A DNA stretch of 64,000 nucleotides from Candidatus Woesearchaeota archaeon (GTDB taxonomy: Archaea > Nanobdellota > Nanobdellia > Pacearchaeales > GW2011-AR1), in assembly GCA_964355135.1 (NCBI GenBank), contig CAYHCG010000008.1, positions 423-64,422 on the forward strand. Direction: 5' to 3'. The position numbers were made by a program, and so were the translations under genes. A model generated the notes under the pieces. The model worked only from the letters and a program-made list of their open reading frames with translations. It searched no databases and was not told the origin of the DNA. This document shows positions 56,380 to 64,000 of this stretch, one piece after another (positions within the stretch are counted from its first letter, which is position 1; the number at the start of each line of letters is the position of its first letter).

Positions 56380-56916
56380 CTTTAAATTGAAGAATTATTC
56401 AACTTTCTTCTTACCCCCGCCCCCCATGGTTTCGTGTGGAGATAGGATATTATTATAGTGAGACTGAGATATTTTTCTTCTTCTAATTTTCATTTATAAA
56501 TATTTATATTATATAATATAGATATAATAACTATTTTGTTGATATTGATAGATTAGTTCTTTTAATATGAGATATAGATAGTTGTAACGATATAATTGAT
56601 TGTTATGATTAATTCATATTAATAGACCATATTATTGATTAAGAGAAGTATTTTAACAGAGTAGTACGGTTAATTAAATTAAAGTGAATGATTTGATAGT
56701 TATACTTTCATATAATAGTTCTGTCTAATTATAATTTATTTTTATGTAGTAGATATCTATTTCTCCAGTGGAAATGCTGGTGTGGGTGCGTGATTTGATT
56801 TTTTCTTTTTATGATCATTTTTCGTCGATCTTTCCCCATTAACACAAGAAATAAGGGTTAAAGAATAGATAAGTTTAAATTGGAGGGATAGTAAATATAT
56901 TTGAGGTGAAAAAGAG
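56380..56916. promoter_or_regulatory. chromosomal replication origin (oriC): two inverted ORB elements flanking an AT-rich DNA-unwinding element
   Basis: ORB TCTCCAGTGGAAATGCTGGTGTGGGTG at 56762..56790. Inverted degenerate ORB ACCCCCGCCCCCCATGGTTTCGTGTGGAGA at 56413..56446. About 300 bp of more than 85% A+T between them. Directly upstream of orc1/cdc6-polD. Confidence 0.6.
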
Positions 56917-58128
56917 ATGGATAAACTTGATCAGATTTTCGATTCTTTTGCAGCAACCAGCTTATTCAAGAATAAAAGTGTGCTGCAGTCAAATTATGCC
57001 CCCGATAGTATTTTACACAGAACTGAACAAATAGAGTCAATCGCTTCTATTTTGGGTCCAACTCTGCGGGGAGACAAGGCCAGTAATCTATTTCTTTATG
57101 GGAAAACCGGCAGCGGCAAGACCTTAAGCATGCAACATGTAGGAAATAAATTAGAAAGCAGAACAAAAGAGCTCAATGGCAATAAAATCAAGTTTTTATA
57201 TATAAATTGTAAATTAAGGAAAGTTTCTGATACAGAATATAGAATCATCGCAGAATTAATAAAAGCCCTGGGGGAAAAAATACCTGCTACAGGACTTCCT
57301 ACCGATGCAGTTTATTCAAAATTTGTTGAAATTATAGATAATGAAAAACAAGTTGTTGTCCTAGTACTAGACGAAATAGATCAGGCCGTTAAGAAAATAT
57401 CTGATAATTTTATTTACACATTAACAAGGATGAATTCAGAACTAAAAAATGCTCAAATAAGTCTAGTTGGGATAAGTAATAGTTTGACATTCATGGATAA
57501 CTTGGATCCTCGAGTCAGAAGCTCTCTAGGAGAAGAGGAAATTGTTTTTCCACCTTATAATGCATTGCAATTAAGAGATATATTAAAGAAAAGGGCAGAA
57601 TCCGCATTCAATGAGGACTGTCTGGGAGAGGGAGTTATTGAAAAATGTGCGGCTTATGCTGCAAGAGAGCATGGGGATGCAAGAAGAGCTTTAGATTTAC
57701 TAAGGGTTGCGGGGGAGATAGCGGTTAGAGAAGGAAGCAAGAAAGTGTTACTTAAGCATATTGATGTTTCAAATGAGAAAATCGAAAGAGATAAAATGCT
57801 CGATGTTATTGAAAGCGAACCTGCACAGTTCCAACTTGTTTTATACGCAATAATGAATTTAAGTGATGAAGGCAAGGGCATTAAAAATATATTTACTGGA
57901 GATGTTTTCAATGTTTATCAGGAACTTTGCGAGAAAACCAAGAGCGAAGTTTTAACCCAGCGGAGAGTCTCGGATATTATCGCAGAGTTTGACATGTTAG
58001 GAATAATAAATGCAAGGGTGATAAGCAAGGGGAGACAGGGAAGGACCAGAGAAATAAAATTGATGCTATCTAAAAACATAAAAGAGAAAGCAAAAGAGAT
58101 CTTAGAGAAAGCTTTAGATATAAAATGA
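56917..58128 (+). CDS. orc1: Orc1/Cdc6 replication initiator
   Basis: Walker A LFLYGKTGSGKT, Walker B VLVLDEID, C-terminal winged helix. Confidence 0.9.
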   Translation: MDKLDQIFDSFAATSLFKNKSVLQSNYAPDSILHRTEQIESIASILGPTLRGDKASNLFLYGKTGSGKTLSMQHVGNKLESRTKELNGNKIKFLYINCKLRKVSDTEYRIIAELIKALGEKIPATGLPTDAVYSKFVEIIDNEKQVVVLVLDEIDQAVKKISDNFIYTLTRMNSELKNAQISLVGISNSLTFMDNLDPRVRSSLGEEEIVFPPYNALQLRDILKKRAESAFNEDCLGEGVIEKCAAYAAREHGDARRALDLLRVAGEIAVREGSKKVLLKHIDVSNEKIERDKMLDVIESEPAQFQLVLYAIMNLSDEGKGIKNIFTGDVFNVYQELCEKTKSEVLTQRRVSDIIAEFDMLGIINARVISKGRQGRTREIKLMLSKNIKEKAKEILEKALDIK

Positions 58129-58131
58129 AAA

Positions 58132-59676
58132 ATGGACAACGAAATTTTGAATCTGATAAGAGAAAGAGGATTATTACTAGAGAAGGAAATATTCGATTTA
58201 GTTAATCAGATTAAGGATGTAACTATCGCTAAGAACTTCTTAGAACAAATTGAGAGATTATCTGGAAAAAAACTCATAACTCGGAACGTTCTTGGAAGCA
58301 ACATGGAATATGTGAAAAGCTTTATGGGTACTTTAGGAGACAATAGCTATGTTGAGAGAGTTTTTGTGAATCTTGGTATAAGTCTTGAAGTAAGAAGAGA
58401 AGTACTCAAGGAAGAAAACAGAAAGCAGGAATATAAGATCCTGTATGCGAATACGACGGTTGACAAAAAGATTGAAGTAAAAGACTTTGTGGGTCATTTT
58501 AGGTCGCGCTTTGCGCAATTACAAAGAATTCTTATGTCACGGCCGGAACTTCAAAATAATTTGATTTCTATAAACAAAATACAATCCGAAAGAGCTAATT
58601 TAAGCATTATAGGAATTGTGAAAGAAAAAAGAATAACAAAAAATAAAAACATGATCTTGAGGCTTGAGGATTTAACTGGAGAGATAGGGGCCTTAGTTAA
58701 ATTTGATAGGGGAGAAGTATTTGAGAAAGCTGACGAATTATTATTAGACGATGTAATAGGGGTCAAGGCATCTGGAAATAAAGATCTCTTGTTTGTGCAG
58801 GATATATTTTATCCTGATTCAATGATATTTGAGAAAACTAGGTTTGAAAATGAAGATTGCATAGCCTTTCTTTCTGATTTACATTGTGGCAGCGATAGAC
58901 ACTTAAAAAAGAGCCTAGCGAGATTTTTGGAGTGGATTAATTCAGATGACGAAACTGCAAAGAAAATAAAATATATCTTTTTTGTAGGAGATAATGTAGA
59001 TGGGGTGGGAATTTTTCCAGGGCAGGAAGAAGTTTTAGAAATGAAAAGCATGAAACAACAGTATCAACTATTAAGCCATTATTTAAGACAAATTCCCAAG
59101 CATATTACCATGTTTATGTGTCCGGGACAGCACGATGCGGTAAGAGTTGCTGAACCTCAACCTGTTATAAGTAGAAGATATGCTCCTGAATTATACGAAA
59201 TTGAAAATTTAAATTTAGTGAGTAACCCTAGTCTTGTGAAGTTAATAGAAGGAGACAAAGAGTTTAAGGTACTAATGTATCATGGAGCAAGCATTCACAG
59301 TTTTATTAATGAAATTAAGACGTTAAGACTTATGAAAGCACACAGATGTCCTGCAAAAGCGGTTGAACAAATGCTCAAAAGAAGACATTTGGCTCCAACA
59401 CATAGCGAAGTGGTCTATATTCCAAATGCAGAGATCGATCCTTTAGTTATTAACGAAGTTCCAGATATTTTATGCACTGGTGAAGTTCACAGATTGGACA
59501 TTTCTACTTACAACGGCATCTTAATTATGACTGGCAGTTGCTGGCAGGCACAAACTCCTTTTGAAGAGAAGGTTGGGAATATTCCCGATCCTGCAAAAGT
59601 ACCTGTTTTTAATATGAAAACAAGGGAGCTAAAGATTTTTGATTTTAGCGCCACGGAGGAACTGAAAAAAAGATGA
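58132..59676 (+). CDS. DNA polymerase II (PolD) small subunit DP1
   Basis: Calcineurin-like phosphoesterase (Mre11-like) core with an OB domain. Gene order orc1-DP1-DP2 as in Pyrococcus. Confidence 0.85.
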   Translation: MDNEILNLIRERGLLLEKEIFDLVNQIKDVTIAKNFLEQIERLSGKKLITRNVLGSNMEYVKSFMGTLGDNSYVERVFVNLGISLEVRREVLKEENRKQEYKILYANTTVDKKIEVKDFVGHFRSRFAQLQRILMSRPELQNNLISINKIQSERANLSIIGIVKEKRITKNKNMILRLEDLTGEIGALVKFDRGEVFEKADELLLDDVIGVKASGNKDLLFVQDIFYPDSMIFEKTRFENEDCIAFLSDLHCGSDRHLKKSLARFLEWINSDDETAKKIKYIFFVGDNVDGVGIFPGQEEVLEMKSMKQQYQLLSHYLRQIPKHITMFMCPGQHDAVRVAEPQPVISRRYAPELYEIENLNLVSNPSLVKLIEGDKEFKVLMYHGASIHSFINEIKTLRLMKAHRCPAKAVEQMLKRRHLAPTHSEVVYIPNAEIDPLVINEVPDILCTGEVHRLDISTYNGILIMTGSCWQAQTPFEEKVGNIPDPAKVPVFNMKTRELKIFDFSATEELKKR

Positions 59677-62600
59677 ACATACAAGCTTATTTCAATGAAA
59701 TTGATGAAAAAGTAAAGCATGCTTACGCTATTGCAAATAAAGCGAGAGCTTTGGGACTCGATCCTGCAGATACCGTAGAAACCCCTATTGCAACAACCCT
59801 AGCTGAAAAGACTATAGGATTAATCTCTGTCGTTTATCCACAATTAAATAACAAAGAAGTTATAGAGAGAATTTTAGAGCTGGAAAAAGAATACGGACAA
59901 CTTGATACTACAGTTGCATTTAAGATTGCAGAGGAAGTCGCAAAAGAGAAATTCTGCAAATTTAAGGACTTAATGGAATCTATGGATGCGGGAATAAGGG
60001 TAGGTTTTGCCTATATTACTTTGGGTGTTGTTTCAAGTCCTATTGAAGGATTTACGGGACTTAGGGTGGGGAAGACTAGAGAAGGTAAAGATTACTTGAT
60101 GGCTTATTTTTCAGGCCCCATAAGAAGCGCTGGAACTACTGCTTCGTGTGTAGTGTTAATGCTGATTGATTATTTACGAGAGACTTTTGGATTTGCAAAA
60201 TTTGATCCAGACGAGAATGAAGTTAAAAGATATGTTACTGAAAATTATGATTATCATGAAAGAGTAAACAATTTGCAATATTTACCCACTGAAGAAGAAA
60301 TTGCATTCCTAGCAAAGAATTTGCCTATCCAGATTAATGGAGAGGCGAGTGAAGATCGAGAAGTTTCCAATTATAAAGATCTGGCAAGGGTAGAAACTAA
60401 TTTTATTCGCGGAGGGATGTGCCTTATTTTTTCAGAAGGATTAGCTCAAAAGGCGCAGAAAGGACTTAGACTTTTGAAGGGAGTAAAAGAGAAAGGATTA
60501 AAATCTAGCGGATGGGACTTTCTGGATGAGTATATTGTATTGCACAAGAAGAGAGAAAAAGGAAGCGCGGATACAAGTCCCACATACATAAAAGATATTG
60601 TTGCAGGCAGACCTGTTTTTGGACATCCTTCAAGATCGGGAGGATTCAGGTTTAGATATGGGAGAAGCAGAACGGGCGGATTTTCTGCAACTGCTATAAG
60701 CCCTTTAACTATGGGCATATCGAATCAATTCTTATCTTCTGGAAATCAATTAAAAATAGAAAAACCTACGAAGGGATGCGCAATAACAGTATGTGATTCT
60801 ATAGATGGCCCGGTTGTAAAACTAAAAGACGGAACGGTAAAGAGAATGAAAACTTTTGAAGAGACAAAAAAGCTTTACAAAGATGTTGAAGAGATTTTAT
60901 ATTTGGGAGACTTGCTGTTTTCATTAGACGATGTAATTAATAGGAATTATGAGTTACTAAAATCAGGATATGTTGAAGAGTGGTGGGACTTGGAATTAAA
61001 GAAAGCGGCAGGAGAAGATAATCCGGACACAAAACTAGATAGTTTTAATGTGGTTTTTGAAAAGGCAGTAGAACTTAGTGAAAAATATAAAATACCTCTG
61101 CATCCTTCTTTTATTTATTATTGGACGCAAATAGATTATGATGGATTTTTGGCATTAATTGATTGGACCGCACATGGAGATCTCAGAGAAGGCAAGCTTG
61201 TCCTGCCTTATACTAAAGTTGATAGAGAACGATTTGCGAAAGGCAAGAGGACTATGGAATTAATTGCATGTGAGCATTTAGTTGGGATAGAGAATGTCAT
61301 TTTAGAAGAAAAAGATACAAAACCTTTTTTACTTAATCTAGGATTTGATGTTGAAAATCTAACTATGGAGAGTTTTGAGGCAAAATTAGATGAGCTTTCT
61401 TTAGTAGTGAAGGAGAAAGGAAACGTATTAGAAATTATAAATAAACTTTCCAAGTATAAAATTAAAGATAAGGCAGGAACATTCATTGGAACGAGGATGG
61501 GTCGACCAGAAAAAGCGAAACTGAGGAAGCTTACTGGCAGTCCGCATGTTTTATTTCCTGTAGGAAATGAAGGAGGAAGATTAAGGAGTTTTCAGGCAGC
61601 CTGCGATATAGGAAATGTGACTAGCGAATTTGCTAATTACTATTGTAATACTTGCAAGGGCGATAAGATTTATAGAAAATGTGAAACTTGCAGAGCAGAT
61701 TGCGAACTCAAAGAAGAAGAGCAAGGGTTTGGCAAAAGAGGGAAAAGAATAGATATTAAAGAGTATTTTGAAAGCGCAAAAAAACTCTTGGGAGTGAGGG
61801 GAGAAGAACTGCCTGTTGTGAAGGGAGTTAGGGGAATGTCAAATAAAGATCACAGCATAGAGCCCTTGGCGAAAGGGATATTGCGGGCAAAGCATAACTT
61901 GAATGTAAACAAGGACGGGACTATCAGATACGATATGACTGAAATGGCTTTCACTCATTTTAAGCCTGGAGAAATTGGAACGAGCCCAGAGAAATTAAGG
62001 GGGCTTGGATACGAAAAAGATATTGAAGGAAATCTACTCGAGCGTGATGACCAAATCTTAGAATTATTACCTCATGATATTATCTTGCCGTCATGTCCTG
62101 AGACTCTAGATGAAAGAGCAGATGACGTTTTTTTAAGAATATGTAAATTTATTGATGACGAACTAGAGAAATTGTATAAATTAGATAAGTTTTACAATGC
62201 CAATACGAAAGAAGATATCATAGGCCACTATGTTGTTTGTATTGCACCTCATATTTGCACTGCAACTGTGGGGAGAATCATAGGGTTTTCAAAGATACAG
62301 GCTTTACTAGCAAGTCCGTTCATGCATGCAGCGATGAGAAGAGACTGTGATGGTGATGAAGCTGCAGTAATGTTGCTTATGGACTTACTGCTCAACTTCT
62401 CGAAGAAATTTTTGCCAGCTCATAGGGGGGGAACTCAAGATGCGCCTCTAGTATTGAATACACATATTAGCGCGGGAGAAGTTGATGACCAAATCCTTGA
62501 CTTTATCATGGGAGCATACCCTTTAGAACTTTATGAACTAGCAGAGCAAGGCAAACATTCTTCCGAATTAAAAGTAGACAACGTAAAAAAGAGGTTGAAA

Positions 62601-63092
62601 GATGGAAAGGACACATTTACCGGGATAAAATTTACTCACGGTTGCTCTGATTTCAATGCGGGAGTTGTGAATTCTTCCTATAAGCTTTTGCCTACAATGC
62701 ATGAAAAAGTAAGCGCGCAGATGGATTTATGTAAAAAAATACGGGCAGTGGATGTCGAAGATGTTGCTCGATTGATCATTGAGAGACACTTCATAAGAGA
62801 TACTAGGGGTAATTTGAGAAAGTTTTCAATGCAGGTTTTTAGATGTGTGGGCTGTAATGAGAAATATAGGAGGCCTCCTTTGATTGGCAAGTGCGGCAAG
62901 TGCGGAGGGAGATTGATATTTACGATTTCAGAAGGAAGTATTCTCAAATATATGCAGCCGGCACTAGATTTAGCGAGAACTTACAATTCTAGCCCATATC
63001 TATTGGAATCACTAGAACTTACTGAAATGTATATTCATAGTATATTTGGCAAAGAGAAAGAGAAACAAGAAGGACTTGGGAAGTGGTTTTAA
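59673..63092 (+). CDS. DNA polymerase II (PolD) large subunit DP2
   Basis: 1139 aa. C-terminal Zn-binding CVGCNEKYRRPPLIGKCGKCGG. No intein. Overlaps DP1 (ATGA). Confidence 0.9.
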   Translation: MNIQAYFNEIDEKVKHAYAIANKARALGLDPADTVETPIATTLAEKTIGLISVVYPQLNNKEVIERILELEKEYGQLDTTVAFKIAEEVAKEKFCKFKDLMESMDAGIRVGFAYITLGVVSSPIEGFTGLRVGKTREGKDYLMAYFSGPIRSAGTTASCVVLMLIDYLRETFGFAKFDPDENEVKRYVTENYDYHERVNNLQYLPTEEEIAFLAKNLPIQINGEASEDREVSNYKDLARVETNFIRGGMCLIFSEGLAQKAQKGLRLLKGVKEKGLKSSGWDFLDEYIVLHKKREKGSADTSPTYIKDIVAGRPVFGHPSRSGGFRFRYGRSRTGGFSATAISPLTMGISNQFLSSGNQLKIEKPTKGCAITVCDSIDGPVVKLKDGTVKRMKTFEETKKLYKDVEEILYLGDLLFSLDDVINRNYELLKSGYVEEWWDLELKKAAGEDNPDTKLDSFNVVFEKAVELSEKYKIPLHPSFIYYWTQIDYDGFLALIDWTAHGDLREGKLVLPYTKVDRERFAKGKRTMELIACEHLVGIENVILEEKDTKPFLLNLGFDVENLTMESFEAKLDELSLVVKEKGNVLEIINKLSKYKIKDKAGTFIGTRMGRPEKAKLRKLTGSPHVLFPVGNEGGRLRSFQAACDIGNVTSEFANYYCNTCKGDKIYRKCETCRADCELKEEEQGFGKRGKRIDIKEYFESAKKLLGVRGEELPVVKGVRGMSNKDHSIEPLAKGILRAKHNLNVNKDGTIRYDMTEMAFTHFKPGEIGTSPEKLRGLGYEKDIEGNLLERDDQILELLPHDIILPSCPETLDERADDVFLRICKFIDDELEKLYKLDKFYNANTKEDIIGHYVVCIAPHICTATVGRIIGFSKIQALLASPFMHAAMRRDCDGDEAAVMLLMDLLLNFSKKFLPAHRGGTQDAPLVLNTHISAGEVDDQILDFIMGAYPLELYELAEQGKHSSELKVDNVKKRLKDGKDTFTGIKFTHGCSDFNAGVVNSSYKLLPTMHEKVSAQMDLCKKIRAVDVEDVARLIIERHFIRDTRGNLRKFSMQVFRCVGCNEKYRRPPLIGKCGKCGGRLIFTISEGSILKYMQPALDLARTYNSSPYLLESLELTEMYIHSIFGKEKEKQEGLGKWF

Positions 63093-63481
63093 GCAGCTAC
63101 AGAATATTCTTTTATTTTCCAGACATTAAATCTCATTTCTCTATTATTGCCTGCTCTTGCAACAAGATCTTCTCGATGCCTTCCTAAAACGCTTACATTA
63201 TACTTTCTTCCATCATCAAGAGTTATTTCTGCTCTCTCATAAACTCCTTCTTGTTCAGAAACTCTTGGAAAAGTTTGAAGAAGATGAGGCGCGTTTGCTA
63301 AATGAAGCTCTCCGGACTTGCTGTGATAGTAGAGAGGTTTAATTCTTATAGGTTTAAATTTAGATTTTTTATCTGGTTTGGCTGGACGAGATATCGGTAG
63401 AGCATATCTCACAGGATCATCATATCCTCCTGTCTGCTCCATCAATCTTGCTACCTTCATTATGTATTCGAGCGTTAGCAT
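63089..63481 (-). CDS. hypothetical protein
   Basis: ORF only. Confidence 0.3.
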   Translation of the reverse strand: MLTLEYIMKVARLMEQTGGYDDPVRYALPISRPAKPDKKSKFKPIRIKPLYYHSKSGELHLANAPHLLQTFPRVSEQEGVYERAEITLDDGRKYNVSVLGRHREDLVARAGNNREMRFNVWKIKEYSVAA

Positions 63482-63569
63482 TTTACTTTAAAGATGAAGT
63501 CTTATTTAAAGATTATGAGAATATTGTGTAAGGAAAGGTTTTTAACAGAGCGTTTTTTGAGTTAATTAA

Positions 63570-63642
63570 GCCTCTATAGCTCAGTGGTTAGAGCATTAGT
63601 TTTGTAAACTAAGGGTCGAGGGTTCAACTCCCTCTAGAGGCT
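63570..63642 (+). tRNA. tRNA-Thr (TGT)
   Basis: GCCTCTATAGCTCAGTGGTTAGAGCATTAGTTTTGTAAACTAAGGGTCGAGGGTTCAACTCCCTCTAGAGGCT. Anticodon TGT. Followed by TTTTTG. Confidence 0.85.
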
Positions 63643-64000
63643 TTTTGATCCCAAATTCCAAGAAGCCTTTCTCTCCAATATTCTTCTTTAGGAATCGGAG
63701 GATTTAACTGATATGTTCCTAAAAAGTTTGGCCTCCTTATAGAAAAATTTGTCAAGACTAGACCTTCTACCCCATCAACTCTAGTGAAAGTGAAATCGTC
63801 TCTGAGCATTATATTTCCTTGACCTATCACGCTCCTATATTCCTCGGAGTTATAAGCGATAACTACTCTCCCATTGTCCACTGCAGTATTAAAAAGAAAG
63901 GCATAATATTCATCTCTATTTTGTTGGGAATGAAATTCTTTGTGAGAATCACTTTTGCGCATAGTTCCTGGAATCCAGATCAAATTAATCTGTCTTGCTT
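63624..64000 (-). CDS. hypothetical protein (possibly truncated by the window edge)
   Basis: ORF. The last 6 codons are antisense to the tRNA-Thr 3' end. Confidence 0.25.
   Translation of the reverse strand, partial: ARQINLIWIPGTMRKSDSHKEFHSQQNRDEYYAFLFNTAVDNGRVVIAYNSEEYRSVIGQGNIMLRDDFTFTRVDGVEGLVLTNFSIRRPNFLGTYQLNPPIPKEEYWRERLLGIWDQKASRGS

Noticed and set aside
63624-63642. Overlap of ORF 63624..63983 with the tRNA-Thr 3' end
   Set aside because: Only 6 codons overlap. It is probably a coincidental stop position, not a feature.

Overview
This window looks like a low-GC archaeal chromosome segment, with a DPANN/nano-archaeon-like gene content. The proteins are Lys/Ile/Asn-rich. It carries archaeal hallmark genes: proteasome alpha and beta subunits, SecY with a DUF106 Oxa1-like partner, an archaeal class I CCA-adding enzyme, aCPSF1/FttA, Mre11-Rad50, ArgS, SRP RNA, an Lhr helicase with its metallophosphoesterase partner, and Orc1/Cdc6 followed by the PolD small and large subunits.

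The replication origin sits directly upstream of orc1 at about 56.4-56.9 kb. It has a perfect ORB core (TCCAGTGGAAA), a G-string, an inverted degenerate ORB and an extremely AT-rich unwinding element.

A type IV pilus / archaellum-like locus occupies 8.6-21.9 kb. It contains a PilB/ArlI-type ATPase, a split TadC/ArlJ-like platform, pilin-like proteins, a 770-aa Cys-rich EGF/MopE-repeat surface protein, a 904-aa PKD surface protein, an EngB-like GTPase-DUF2073-Zn-ribbon triad, and an antisense FmrO-family (aminoglycoside-resistance-type) 16S rRNA methyltransferase.

I identified three tRNAs: two Thr isoacceptors, and a Phe that lies antisense to the 3' end of a LAGLIDADG ORF. A GC-rich SRP RNA was also found.

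The two regions most worth a second look are these:
- **43.0-47.9 kb island.** A string of small, almost all minus-strand ORFs, including RelE/antitoxin and DUF4258/DUF2283 toxin-antitoxin pairs, punctuated by a shared family of intergenic repeat modules and GC hairpins.
- **49.2-51.4 kb locus.** Two convergent paralogous coiled-coil+wHTH genes surrounded by arrays of AAACAGCTGTTT palindromes (also embedded in the coding sequence), GGTGTTT repeats, iteron-like AAAAGTGAGAGTT direct repeats, and (GTCT)n tetranucleotide microsatellites inside one wHTH gene. The microsatellites make it a candidate phase-variable regulator.
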